A stretch of 64,000 nucleotides of DNA from Verrucomicrobiota bacterium (GTDB taxonomy: Bacteria > Verrucomicrobiota > Verrucomicrobiia > Opitutales > UBA953): positions 39,304 to 103,303 of the forward strand of contig JAPLTU010000071.1 in NCBI GenBank assembly GCA_026397965.1, in the 5' to 3' direction. The first letter of the stretch is position 1, and the number at the start of each line of letters is the position of its first letter. Position numbers and translations under genes: made by a program. Shown one piece after another: positions 18,395 through 28,135 of the stretch. The notes under the pieces were generated by a model. The model was given only the letters and a program-made list of their open reading frames with translations. It did not search any database and had not been told where the DNA came from.

Positions 18395-19846
18395 CTATCG
18401 GATGAAAATAAAGCAAAGGACGGCCACCACCGTCGGCAGTACCGCCCATAAGGCCAATTTAAGAGGAGAAACCCCCTGCGCAAAGTGTTTAGCCAAGATA
18501 GATTGGCCGGCAGGGTTCGGCGCATTGGCGATGACGGTCAACCCTCCGCCCGCCAAAGCCCCAGCCATGACGGCATGACGCAGTTCTTGCGCTGTCGCAC
18601 CCGTCAAAGAAAGGGCTGGCACCTGCGCCGCCAGAAAGGTGATCGCCGCATTATCGTTAAAAGCCGTCAAGACCGTCGCCGAAAGCATCAGGGTGTTCGC
18701 ATCCAACCGCGCGATGAGGGGAGAAATCCACCACGATTGCGTCCCGCCCAAGACGACCAGTCCGGCCAAAAATAAACCTACCAACAACGGCCCCCGCCAT
18801 CTGACCGGTGTTTGCCACTGCGACGTCGCCTCCGTGAACGCCAAAAAGACCAACAACCCTCCCACCATCAAAACCGGGTGATGTCCGATCAGCATCAACA
18901 CCGTCCAGACCATCAAAGCAAGGTGCCCGAGGGTGACCCAAAATGGAATCTCCGGGCGAGGCTTGTCGGTCGCCTCGTCCTTGGCTCGAAGCCTCATTTC
19001 GGTGAACTCGCTCCGGAAAAAAATAAAGGTCGCCGAGGTGGATAACAAAATCGTCGCCATGGCCGCCCCACCAAACTGACGGAAGACATCGGATAAACCC
19101 CAGCCCCACTTCGCTGCCACCATGACGACCGGCGGCGCGGCGAAATGCGTGAGCGCTCCGCCGACCGAAATATTGACAAATAATAAGGCCAGGGTGGCGT
19201 ATTTAAGCCGCTCCGAAGGCCGTAACGCATAAAACTGCGCGGATAATAACAACGCCGCGATTGTCATGGCCGCAGGCTCCGTAATCAAAGAGCCCAGCAA
19301 CGGGGCAAGGGTTAGAATCACGAACCAGCGAGCGGCAACCGAATTACCCAAGCCGCGCGCAACGCCCCCCAGCAGCCTTTCAGCCAGACGCATGATGGGA
19401 CGCGCCGACGCCAACACCATGATGATAAAAACGAACAGGGGTTCCAAAAACTTCGAGGGGCCGATAGCCGCCAGCGTCGTTCCGGCTAGGTCGTAATTAC
19501 CAGACTCGACATAGCGACACGCAAAATCCCAACCCTTCCCCGGCCAAAAAACCATCAAGGCAAAAAGGACTAAAGCCCAAAGCCCAAAGACGGCCTCGAC
19601 CTCGCCTAAGAGATGCAAAAGCGAAGCGCGGAAACCTGCCGACTCCCCTTGCTCGTTCACCGGCACCAAGCCCAATCGAACTTGGGCGTCGTGCTCGGCT
19701 TTTCTCCGGTGCGCTAATTTCGCAAAGTAAGAAGTCAGAAAAGCGTGCAAAACGGCCAATGCGAAAATCACGCTGGCCACCACCAGGAATGAATCGCCGG
19801 CGGCGGCGTTTCCTAATTCCTGCCAGAGGGTTAGTTCATGCGGCAT
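18395..19846 (-). CDS. polytopic membrane protein, possibly a putative Na+/H+ antiporter-like transporter (former DUF1504 type)
   Basis: 483 aa with at least 10 hydrophobic segments. The family assignment is a recollection of N-terminal similarity (FALAVLHAF...) and is not verified. Confidence 0.45.
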   Translation of the reverse strand: MPHELTLWQELGNAAAGDSFLVVASVIFALAVLHAFLTSYFAKLAHRRKAEHDAQVRLGLVPVNEQGESAGFRASLLHLLGEVEAVFGLWALVLFALMVFWPGKGWDFACRYVESGNYDLAGTTLAAIGPSKFLEPLFVFIIMVLASARPIMRLAERLLGGVARGLGNSVAARWFVILTLAPLLGSLITEPAAMTIAALLLSAQFYALRPSERLKYATLALLFVNISVGGALTHFAAPPVVMVAAKWGWGLSDVFRQFGGAAMATILLSTSATFIFFRSEFTEMRLRAKDEATDKPRPEIPFWVTLGHLALMVWTVLMLIGHHPVLMVGGLLVFLAFTEATSQWQTPVRWRGPLLVGLFLAGLVVLGGTQSWWISPLIARLDANTLMLSATVLTAFNDNAAITFLAAQVPALSLTGATAQELRHAVMAGALAGGGLTVIANAPNPAGQSILAKHFAQGVSPLKLALWAVLPTVVAVLCFIFIR

Positions 19847-19854
19847 GAGGCTTC

Positions 19855-19888
19855 GTAGGTCAGGTAAACCCTGACTGCAACCCCTACC
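19855..19888. repeat. short GTAGG...CCTAC-terminated hairpin repeat
   Basis: GTAGGTCAGGTAAACCCTGACTGCAACCCCTACC, lying between the OMF stop and the next gene start. It has the same termini as the other REP-like families. Confidence 0.55.
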
Positions 19889-19908
19889 GAAGGACTTGGC
19901 AAGGCGCC

Positions 19909-21315
19909 TTAACGCTGAGTTGCTAGGTCCGGCCGGGCTCCGCCCAAGGCTTTGACCAAATCCACCTGGGCTCCAAGGCGATCCAACATAATGCGCGCAA
20001 CCGCTACTCTTGATTCAGCCATCACCCGACGGGCGACCAGAAATTCCGTCGGCGAAGCCTGGCCGAGACCTTTACGCTCTTCGGCGATTCGATAGGCCTC
20101 GCTCGAGGCCAGCAAACGTTGGCGACCTGCTTCCGCGGCGACACTCGTCTCCTGGACATCCACCAGGGCATCGCGCACTTCGCGGAAAGCGTTAAGCACC
20201 GCTTTTTCATAAGCAGCCGCGGCCTGATGTTGAATCGCCTCGGCAGCCTCAACGCGTGCACCGGTACGACCAAAATCAAAAATGGGTACGCTGGCGCTCA
20301 AGCCGAATTGCGAAGTGCCGTTCCCGGTGGAAAAAAGCGACGAAAGCTCCCGGCTTTCTACGCCCAATGCGCCCGTCAGGGAGAAGGTCGGAAAGTAAGC
20401 GGCCTTAGCGTAGCCGATCCGGGCATTCGCTGACACCAGCGCTTGCTCTGCGGCGACGACATCCGGGCGCTGGCGCAAGAGCTCCGACGGCAAGCCAACA
20501 GCAGGTGCGGCAGGCGTGACCAGCGAATTTAATGGGCGTACGGTTAAGACGATCCCCGGTTGACCGACCAAGAAACCCAGCAGGTGTTCCGCCTGGGCCC
20601 GAGCCCGCCGGGTATCCGACAAAGCGGCGATTGCGGCCGAGCGGGCCACCTCCGCCTGGGCGCGATCATGGGCGCTGGCCGCCCCGACTTTGATCCGCTC
20701 TTCGGTGATCCGATATTCTTCGTCGCGGATATTTTTGATTTCTTCCGCCGCGGCGAGTTGGATATCGCTCGCCCGAACTAAGGCGTAGGTTCGCACCACC
20801 GAAGCCGTCAACGCCAGCTCCACTTGCAAACGTGCTTCGCTGACGCTTAAGAGTTGCGCCCGGGCGGCCTCAGAAGCGCGACGAAGCTTGCCCCAGAAAT
20901 CCAATTCAAAAGCCGTGGAAAGCCCGCCGCTATATGAAGTCCGGTCACGGCCAGCAAAAGAGGTGATCGGCGAATAGCCGTTATTACTCACGGTGTTGCG
21001 GCTCGCGCCCGCCCCCGCGTTCACTTGAGGCAACATGGCCCCAGTGACTTCATTGAGACCGGCCGAAGCTTCTTCAACCCGGGCCACGGCGATTCGCAGA
21101 TCTGTATTGGCCTTCAAGGCCTCCGCTACCAAGGCATCCAAATCGGTATCATGGAAACCCTTCCACCAATCGGCCAGGACGAGCTGACCCGTCGTCGCTT
21201 TATTTTCAGGATAGGCCGTGAGCTCCGGTAACTTCGGCCGTTCGTAATCTGGCCCGACCGCGCAGGCGCAAAGCAACAGCGAGCTGACCGAACCAGCAAG
21301 GATGAGGTTTCTCAT
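19909..21315 (-). CDS. RND efflux outer membrane factor lipoprotein (NodT family)
   Basis: Lipobox LLLCAC|AVGPDY and two OEP-type coiled repeats. Its start overlaps the RND pump stop by 4 nt. Confidence 0.9.
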   Translation of the reverse strand: MRNLILAGSVSSLLLCACAVGPDYERPKLPELTAYPENKATTGQLVLADWWKGFHDTDLDALVAEALKANTDLRIAVARVEEASAGLNEVTGAMLPQVNAGAGASRNTVSNNGYSPITSFAGRDRTSYSGGLSTAFELDFWGKLRRASEAARAQLLSVSEARLQVELALTASVVRTYALVRASDIQLAAAEEIKNIRDEEYRITEERIKVGAASAHDRAQAEVARSAAIAALSDTRRARAQAEHLLGFLVGQPGIVLTVRPLNSLVTPAAPAVGLPSELLRQRPDVVAAEQALVSANARIGYAKAAYFPTFSLTGALGVESRELSSLFSTGNGTSQFGLSASVPIFDFGRTGARVEAAEAIQHQAAAAYEKAVLNAFREVRDALVDVQETSVAAEAGRQRLLASSEAYRIAEERKGLGQASPTEFLVARRVMAESRVAVARIMLDRLGAQVDLVKALGGARPDLATQR

Positions 21316-24300
21316 GCGCGAGGTTCCTTCCGGTCACCCGTGAGGACTTTGAAGAAAAGCGGAATGAAGAGTGTGGCCGCAAAGGTATCGAAGAGCATGC
21401 CGCCAAAAACCCCCGTTCCCATCGAGCGGCGGGCACCGGCACCGGCACCGGCAGCCAGAACCAACGGCACCACCCCAAGTACGAAGGCCATCGAGGTCAT
21501 GACCAGCGGACGTAATCGGATGCGAGCAGCTTCAACGGCGGCTTCCGCCGCCGACTTACCGGCATCACGTGCCTTGACGGCGAATGCGACAATCAGGATG
21601 GCATTCTTGGCCGCCAAGCCGATGAGGGTCACGAGGCCGATTTGGAAATAAATATCATTCGCGCCCCCGCGCACGAAGATCGCGACCAGCGCGCCAAGCA
21701 GCGCGAACGGCACGGTGAGGATGACGCCCACGGGCAGCGACCATTTCTCATACAAGGCCGCCAGAATGAGAAAGACCATCAGCAGCGCCATCAAGAACGC
21801 CGGGATAGCTGAGCTGGCCGAACGTTTCTCCTGCAAAGCCTGGGCGGTCCAATCGAGTTCATAGCCGGGCGGAAGATTCTCCGCGGCGATTTCCTCGACG
21901 ATGCGCAAGGCTTCGCTCGAACTTACTCCCGGAACGCTGCCGCCGATGACACGAGCGGCCACGAAACCTTGGTAACGCTCAATCTGATCGGGACCATAAC
22001 TCTCACGTACGGTCACGAGCGAAGTCAGGGGCACCATCGAGCCATCACGGTCACGGACATGGACGCGACCGACGTCCTTGAGGGCCATGCGGTCGGAGGG
22101 CTCTGATTGCATAAGCACGCGGTAAGTGCGGCCGGCGCGGGTGAAGTCGTTAACGTAGACCGAACCAATCGTGGTTTGAAGCGCGTCGTAAATTTCTGGC
22201 AGAGGTATCCCGAGGGTAGCGGCGCGCACCTGGTCAACGTCCGCAGCGTATTGCGGCACGGTTGTGCGATAGAAGGTATTGATGCCCGTAAGTTTACTGT
22301 TCTGACGCAGGGCGGCCAAGAGTCCGTCAAGTACCTTGCCGAGTTTGGCGGGATCGTCATCGTCTCGGGCCTGAAGGTAGAATTCGAAACCGCCGGCGGA
22401 ACCGATACCGCGGATGGGCGGAGGATTCACGACGAAACAAAAGCCCTTGCGGGACTTAGCCACGGCACCCGTGAGCATGCCGCTGAGTTCTTCGGCGCTA
22501 TACTTGCGCTGATCCCAAGGGATGAGCGGGATGAAGATCGTACCCGCGTTGGTCTTTTCGCCGCCGCCAATCAGGTCGAATCCACTGATGGCGAAAGCAT
22601 GAAACACTTCGCTCTTAGGCGCCGGCGTGGCCATGATTTCTGGGACAATCTCCGCCATGTAAGCACGCGTGCGCGAAACGCTCGCGCCGTCGGGCAACGA
22701 AACCACGCCGAGAACATACCCTTGGTCTTCGGACGGGATGAAGCCGCGCGGGATCAAGCGGATGAGCACGATGTTAGCAGCGAGGATCGCGACAAAGATT
22801 CCCAGCGCTGTTTTCGGGTGGTCGAGCAACCAGCGCACGGTGCGCCCATGCCAGGCGGCGACGGCATTGAAACGGGCTTCGAACCAGCGCAGGAAACGAT
22901 TACTGTGCGGGGCTTCGGCATCGCGCGGACGCAGGATGAGAGCGCAAAGAGCGGGCGTAAGGGTCAGGGCAACAAAACCGGAGATCACGACCGCGACGGC
23001 GACCGTGATGGCGAACTGACGATAAAGAGCACCGGCAATACCGCCCAGGAAGGCGACCGGCACGAAAACCGACACCAGCACGAGCACGATCGCGATAATC
23101 GCCCCGCCCACTTCGCGGACGGAGGCGATGGCCGCGTCGAACGGCGACATGCCCTTCTCATGCATGAGACGTTCGACGTTCTCCAACATCACGATCGCGT
23201 CGTCCACGACGATACCAATCGCAATCACCATCGCAAAGAGCGTCAGCGTATTGATACCAAAGCCGAAAAGCCACAGGCCAGCGAAGGTACCAATCAACGA
23301 TACCGGAACCGCCAGCATCGGGATCAACGTCGCGCGCCAACTGCCCAAGAAGAGGAAAACAACCAGCACAACCAGGATTCCGGCCTCGAAGAGCGTGTGC
23401 TGGACTTCGTTAATAGAGGCTTTGACGAAACGCGTCGTATCAAATGGGATTTCGTAATCGACCCCGGCCGGGAAACGCTTCGAAAGCAGGGCTACCTTGG
23501 CCTTCACGGCATCGGCAACGTCCAAAGCATTCGCACCTGGAGCGAGGAATATACGGATCCCTACGGCAGTCTGGCCATCGAGGGTCGCCTGCTGTTCGTA
23601 ACTCTGGGCGCCGAGTTCAAGCCGGGCCACGTCACGCAAACGCAACGTGCCCGCCGGGCCGCCGGAACGGATGATGATTTCACCGAATTCCTCCGGAGTC
23701 GAAAGACGTCCGGCGGTGATGATCGGAACTGAGAAAGCTTGCCCTTCGGGCGTCGGCTCCTGGCCAAGTCGCCCAGCCGCATACTGGTTATTGGTCGCGC
23801 GGATGGCTTTCGTGACGTCGCCTGTCGTCACGCCGAGGCGCGACATCTTGTCGGGCTGGAGCCAGACCCGCATCGAGTAATCGCGGGCGCCGAAGACACC
23901 CGCATCACCGACGCCGGGGACGCGTTTGATTTCGTCAACGAGATTGATGGTGGCGTAATTGCTAAGGTAGATGGAGTCACGCGTGCCGTCCCGCGAAATG
24001 ACCGACATCGCCATGAGGATGTCGTTGGAGCGCTTTTTGACGATGACACCCAGTCGACGGGCGTCGTCGGGCAGGCGCGATTCCGCAATCTTCACGCGAT
24101 TCGTAAGATTAATAATACAGAGGTCAGGGTCAGCCCCCGGCTCGAAAGTGACGCTGATGGTTAGCAGCCCGGTCGACGACGCGTTGGAAGAATAATACAG
24201 GAGGTTGTCGGTACCGTTGATCTCTTCTTCAATCGGCGCAGCGACGGTCTTGATCAGCGTCTCGGCGGAGGCACCGAGGTACGACACGGTGATCGTGGCG

Positions 24301-24428
24301 ACAGGGGGTGCAATCTGGGGATACTGCGCGACGGGCAAGACCTTGAAGGCGAGCAAACCCGCTAACACAATAACCAGCGAAAGGACGGACGCGAAAATGG
24401 GCCGCCGGACGAAAAATTCCCAGAACAT
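21312..24428 (-). CDS. RND multidrug efflux pump, inner membrane subunit (AcrB/HAE1 family)
   Basis: 1038 aa with MFWEFFVRRPIFA at the N-terminus, a 12-TM architecture and two large periplasmic loops. Confidence 0.95.
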   Translation of the reverse strand: MFWEFFVRRPIFASVLSLVIVLAGLLAFKVLPVAQYPQIAPPVATITVSYLGASAETLIKTVAAPIEEEINGTDNLLYYSSNASSTGLLTISVTFEPGADPDLCIINLTNRVKIAESRLPDDARRLGVIVKKRSNDILMAMSVISRDGTRDSIYLSNYATINLVDEIKRVPGVGDAGVFGARDYSMRVWLQPDKMSRLGVTTGDVTKAIRATNNQYAAGRLGQEPTPEGQAFSVPIITAGRLSTPEEFGEIIIRSGGPAGTLRLRDVARLELGAQSYEQQATLDGQTAVGIRIFLAPGANALDVADAVKAKVALLSKRFPAGVDYEIPFDTTRFVKASINEVQHTLFEAGILVVLVVFLFLGSWRATLIPMLAVPVSLIGTFAGLWLFGFGINTLTLFAMVIAIGIVVDDAIVMLENVERLMHEKGMSPFDAAIASVREVGGAIIAIVLVLVSVFVPVAFLGGIAGALYRQFAITVAVAVVISGFVALTLTPALCALILRPRDAEAPHSNRFLRWFEARFNAVAAWHGRTVRWLLDHPKTALGIFVAILAANIVLIRLIPRGFIPSEDQGYVLGVVSLPDGASVSRTRAYMAEIVPEIMATPAPKSEVFHAFAISGFDLIGGGEKTNAGTIFIPLIPWDQRKYSAEELSGMLTGAVAKSRKGFCFVVNPPPIRGIGSAGGFEFYLQARDDDDPAKLGKVLDGLLAALRQNSKLTGINTFYRTTVPQYAADVDQVRAATLGIPLPEIYDALQTTIGSVYVNDFTRAGRTYRVLMQSEPSDRMALKDVGRVHVRDRDGSMVPLTSLVTVRESYGPDQIERYQGFVAARVIGGSVPGVSSSEALRIVEEIAAENLPPGYELDWTAQALQEKRSASSAIPAFLMALLMVFLILAALYEKWSLPVGVILTVPFALLGALVAIFVRGGANDIYFQIGLVTLIGLAAKNAILIVAFAVKARDAGKSAAEAAVEAARIRLRPLVMTSMAFVLGVVPLVLAAGAGAGARRSMGTGVFGGMLFDTFAATLFIPLFFKVLTGDRKEPRA

Positions 24429-24437
24429 CGGGTTGCT

Positions 24438-25571
24438 TTACTTGGCGGAAGGGGCGGCGACGACGGCCGGACGCGGCACGACGGGAGCGCCAGGCCGGAC
24501 TTTCTGGAGATTGTCCGTAACGAGACGATCGCCGGCCTTGAGCCCGCTGAGGATCACCGCCGTGGGTCCGTTGATCTCATCGACGACGACCGGCGCCATG
24601 ACGGCGAGGTTCTTTTCGTCGGCAAGCCAGACGAAACGACCTTGAGTCGACTGCATCAAGGCGGCGGCGGGAATAACGAAGCCAATGGGAAGCGTGCGGC
24701 CGCGCACGCGGACGCGCACATATTGACCTGGAAGCAGTACAGCTTGGGGATTAGGGAATTCGGCCCGCATCTGGACCGTACCCAGTCGCGATTCGATCTG
24801 GGCGGCGACGAAATTGACTTTGCCCGGCTGGGCGTAGACCGAACCGTCAGGCAATAAGACCTCCACGCCAGCCGCGGACGCCTGGGAGCCTTGAGAAAGA
24901 AAAAGGCGGGCGTATTGCTGTTCGGAAAGTCCGAACCGCACCCAAACCTGTTCACGCTGTACCACCGTCGTGAGAAGGCTGTCGGCTCCCGGAGAAACCA
25001 GCGAGCCCTCCGAACGATTCAGGCGACCCGTAAAGCCCGCGATTGGTGCGCGCACTTCACAGTAAGAGAGATCGAGCTGGGCGGCGTGTAATTTCGCGTC
25101 CGCGACATCCCGGGCACCCCGAGCGGCGGCTGCGGCGGCCTTCGCATCGGCCGCTTCTTTTTTACTCGCCGCATTTTTCTTCAATAACGCCGCTTGTCGT
25201 ACCGACTCCGCTTCGGCTTGTTCAAAGCGCGCCTGCTCTTGCGAGAGTTGGGCGGCCGCTAAAGAGAGGGCCACAGCATAAGGGGCCGGATCAATCCGGA
25301 AAAGTAGGTCACCCGCCTTGACCGAGGCACCCTCCTGATAAGATTGCGCCAAAAGAATCCCCATCACGCGGGCGCGCACCTCGACTTCCCGAGTACCCTC
25401 TACTTGCGCCGTCAATTCGACAACTTGAGGCACGGGCGCAGGGCTAAGAATCTGTAAATTAACCGTGGGAGCGGGCATGACCGGGGGCGTCGCTGGCTTA
25501 CATCCCTGGGCCAAGGTTAAAGCTAGGACCCAGAAAAGAGACTCGACCAAACGCGTTTTACATACAGACAT
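24438..25571 (-). CDS. RND efflux periplasmic adaptor (membrane fusion protein)
   Basis: Lipoprotein-like N-terminus MSVCKTRLVESLFWVLALTLAQGC, then a coiled-coil hairpin and beta-barrel segments. The start is reassigned to the ATG at 25571 because the track ORF (to 25841) would overlap the divergent TetR gene. Confidence 0.85.
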   Translation of the reverse strand: MSVCKTRLVESLFWVLALTLAQGCKPATPPVMPAPTVNLQILSPAPVPQVVELTAQVEGTREVEVRARVMGILLAQSYQEGASVKAGDLLFRIDPAPYAVALSLAAAQLSQEQARFEQAEAESVRQAALLKKNAASKKEAADAKAAAAAARGARDVADAKLHAAQLDLSYCEVRAPIAGFTGRLNRSEGSLVSPGADSLLTTVVQREQVWVRFGLSEQQYARLFLSQGSQASAAGVEVLLPDGSVYAQPGKVNFVAAQIESRLGTVQMRAEFPNPQAVLLPGQYVRVRVRGRTLPIGFVIPAAALMQSTQGRFVWLADEKNLAVMAPVVVDEINGPTAVILSGLKAGDRLVTDNLQKVRPGAPVVPRPAVVAAPSAK

Positions 25572-25580
25572 GTATGTAAA
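25557..25580. promoter_or_regulatory. candidate TetR operator (10-bp inverted repeat)
   Basis: TTTACATACA-GACA-TGTATGTAAA. It covers the adaptor gene ATG (25569-25571) and lies 16 nt upstream of the tetR start. Confidence 0.55.
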
Positions 25581-25595
25581 GGTATTTATCCCTCT

Positions 25596-26258
25596 ATGGC
25601 TCGCAAGACGAAAGCGGAGGCTGCACTCACCAAAGACAGAATTGTCACCTGCGCCCGACAAGTCTTCGCCCGAGATGGCGTCACCAATACCTCGCTCGAA
25701 GAGGTCGCCCGCGTGGCCGGCGTCACCCGCGGCGCGGTCTACTGGCACTTTCGCAACAAAGCCGATCTCTTCATGGCCGTCCGCTCGCAGACTGGCCTCC
25801 TTATTCAACTGGGAGAGGCCCAAGGCAGCGACCCCCTGCAAAGGCTCGAAAACGGACTAAAACAGGCACTGCAAAGGCTCAGCGATGAAACCGCGGCGCA
25901 GGAAACCTATGAAGTCATGCTCTGGAAATGCGAGTATGTCGGAGAGTTCGCCCAAGTGCGGGACGATCTGATCGGCTCGGGCAGACTTTTCCTCGACGAT
26001 GCGGAAGCGCTTTATCGCGAAGCCCTTGCCGCCGGCATCGTCACCGCCGACCTCGATCCGAAGACCGCGGCCCTGGCCACCTTTTGTTTTTACGCGGGGA
26101 TATTAAAGATATGGCTCGCCGACACCCGGGGCACGATCTTGCGCAAGCGAGCCCAGCAAGCCATCGCGCACCACATCGCCCAACAACGACGGCCATCGCT
26201 CGCCACGACAAGGCAGGTTGACCGGCGGGGTCGGCCGGCCAAAGATTCCTCACCGTGA
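25596..26258 (+). CDS. TetR/AcrR family transcriptional repressor
   Basis: HTH segment TSLEEVARVAGVTRGAVYWHFRNKADLF. The gene is divergent from the RND operon. Confidence 0.9.
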   Translation: MARKTKAEAALTKDRIVTCARQVFARDGVTNTSLEEVARVAGVTRGAVYWHFRNKADLFMAVRSQTGLLIQLGEAQGSDPLQRLENGLKQALQRLSDETAAQETYEVMLWKCEYVGEFAQVRDDLIGSGRLFLDDAEALYREALAAGIVTADLDPKTAALATFCFYAGILKIWLADTRGTILRKRAQQAIAHHIAQQRRPSLATTRQVDRRGRPAKDSSP

Positions 26259-26881
26259 AGGCCCTCCCCTCCCTTCTCTTCGCCTTGCTCGCAATCGTCC
26301 AAACAGCGCGGGCCGCCGACCCGGACCCGCCGCAGACGCTGCCGATAATCTACGAGCAACCGGGTCCGAACTTCATTCTCCGGATCGACAACCGTCGTTA
26401 CCAAGTGCCCAACGAGCTTAAGGAAGCCGTCGCCCGCCTCATGGCTTCAGCCAATTACCCGCGGACGAAATTGATTTATGAGGAATATAAACGGGCCTTA
26501 GGCGAAAAAGCCAAAGCGGACGCTACCCTCAGCAAAGCGGAGCAACAACTCCAGCGGGCCATCAGCCGGACGGAACGCATCCGGGCGAATTTGGCCGCGC
26601 TGCGTAATCAGCTCATCCTCGCGCGCTCCACTTCACTGATCGAGGTCCGACAGGTCTTGATGTTGCAGGAACAAATTCTCCACGAGACCTCGAACCTGAC
26701 CGCCGCCGAAGCCCAAGAAGATCGCGAGCGCAGCCGCCTCGAAGAAGCCCGGCATGCAAATGAACCCACGATGCAACGCATCGAAAAAGCCAAAGATGAT
26801 TATATTCGCGCCTTGGGCGACTACGAGAAACCGTTCGCCGAAATCCGCGCCCTGGCGATGTCGGCCGGGACCGCGCTCTGA
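26255..26881 (+). CDS. secreted coiled-coil protein, function unknown
   Basis: Signal peptide MKALPSLLFALLAIVQTARA|A, followed by a heptad-rich, charged remainder. Its GTG start overlaps the tetR TGA as GTGA. Confidence 0.55.
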   Translation: MKALPSLLFALLAIVQTARAADPDPPQTLPIIYEQPGPNFILRIDNRRYQVPNELKEAVARLMASANYPRTKLIYEEYKRALGEKAKADATLSKAEQQLQRAISRTERIRANLAALRNQLILARSTSLIEVRQVLMLQEQILHETSNLTAAEAQEDRERSRLEEARHANEPTMQRIEKAKDDYIRALGDYEKPFAEIRALAMSAGTAL

Positions 26882-27061
26882 ACCTAATCTAAACTTGGAT
26901 GAAACTCCCCCTTATCTTCGCCTCATCCTTGGGCTTATGCTTTGCGCATCCAGCGTCTTAGGCCAAGTCGACCTCTTCGAGCCCACCCTTCGTGAAGCGC
27001 TGGGCCGCTGATTTTTCCGCCACCCCGCTTGTAATCGGCAAAGCTCCTTCCAATTTAGTTA

Positions 27062-27769
27062 ATGATGACCCGCAACTTCCGCTACTACGACTTAATCCTC
27101 GGCGCGTTCGTGGCCGTGCTGCTGTGCTCGAATCTCATCGGCCCCGCGAAGGTCGTGCAAGTTAACTTTCCCCTGCTGGGACCGACGGACTTCGGCGCAG
27201 GCAATATCTTCTTCCCGCTGGCTTATCTCTTCGGCGACATCCTTACGGAAGTCTACGGCTACGCGATGGCGCGTCGCGTGATTTGGGCCGGCTTCGGCGC
27301 GATGATCTTCGCGACCATCATGACCTGGGTCGTACTGGCGATGCCGGCCAGTCCAAACGAACCATTTAATTCCCAGTTGCAACCTGCGCTCGTGACATGC
27401 TTCGGCGGCGGCTGGCGCATCGCCCTCGGCTCCATCCTCGCGTTCTGCGTCGGAGATTTCCTCAACTCGTATGTCCTCGCGAAACTCAAGGTCCGCACGC
27501 AAGGTCGCCATCTCTGGCTGCGCTTCATCAGCTCGACCTTCATCGGCCAGGGTGTCGACAGCTTGATCTTCTACCCGCTTGCCTTTCTCGGTATCTGGAG
27601 CCCTAAGACGCTCGTCGCCGTCATGCTCGCGAACTGGATGTTCAAGGTGCTCGTCGAGGTGATTATGACCCCGTTCACCTACTGGGCCTGCGCTAAACTG
27701 AAGAAGGCCGAAGGCGTTGATACCTTCGATACGGATACCGATTTTACGCCCTTCAGCCTCAAAGGCTGA
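27062..27769 (+). CDS. yhhQ: queuosine-precursor transporter (YhhQ/DUF165, VUT family)
   Basis: 235 aa and polytopic, with CSNLIGPAKV and FPLAYLFGDILTEVYGY segments typical of YhhQ. Confidence 0.75.
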   Translation: MMTRNFRYYDLILGAFVAVLLCSNLIGPAKVVQVNFPLLGPTDFGAGNIFFPLAYLFGDILTEVYGYAMARRVIWAGFGAMIFATIMTWVVLAMPASPNEPFNSQLQPALVTCFGGGWRIALGSILAFCVGDFLNSYVLAKLKVRTQGRHLWLRFISSTFIGQGVDSLIFYPLAFLGIWSPKTLVAVMLANWMFKVLVEVIMTPFTYWACAKLKKAEGVDTFDTDTDFTPFSLKG

Positions 27770-27992
27770 CCGTCACGACCCCCGTTTCGTTGCCCTTTTC
27801 GACCTCCAATAGGGTTTAATCCGGTTTTATACCCAATTATCGGGTGTTCCAGAAGAATCCATTGACACTTTCCTTCAGGACGCACACATCACCCTCAGTC
27901 AATTTCACTCAGGTAAGAGCCTCCCTTATAAAGGATGCAACAGTCGCGAGGGCGACTAACGGAAGAAGAAATAATATTCACCGTACCCGACC

Positions 27993-28072
27993 CCAGAGCT
28001 CCGTAGCTAGAGCTCTGGTCTTATTTGTCCGGATTTTCCGAAATCCAAGCGAGCCGTTCTACCGAACGGCTC
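27993..28072 (+). terminator. three consecutive hairpins in a lower-GC spacer (terminator-like)
   Basis: CCAGAGCTC..GAGCTCTGG followed by TCTTATTTG; then GGATTT-TCCG-AAATCC; then GAGCCGTTC-TACC-GAACGGCTC followed by GTCTCATTTT. Confidence 0.35.
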
Positions 28073-28135
28073 GTCTCATTTTACAGGGAGGCGAAACCTA
28101 TCCCAGCCCCGACCGGTGCCTCGCCAAAGTCGTCG

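Noticed and set aside
22107-23732. 541-aa plus-strand ORF
   Set aside because: It is antisense to the strongly supported RND pump gene. It is Arg/Gly/Asp/His-rich and low in complexity, typical of the open antisense frame of GC-rich coding DNA.
25572-25841. N-terminal 90-aa extension of the efflux adaptor ORF
   Set aside because: It would overlap the divergent TetR gene by ~245 nt and has no signal-peptide character. The ATG at 25571 gives a lipoprotein-like N-terminus (…LTLAQGC).
26882-27061. Possible preQ1 riboswitch upstream of the yhhQ-type preQ0/preQ1 transporter
   Set aside because: I could not find the small hairpin plus A-rich tail (…CCC..UAAAAAACUA-like) of preQ1-I, or a preQ1-II/III-like fold. 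Only short signal-peptide-like mini-ORFs are present.
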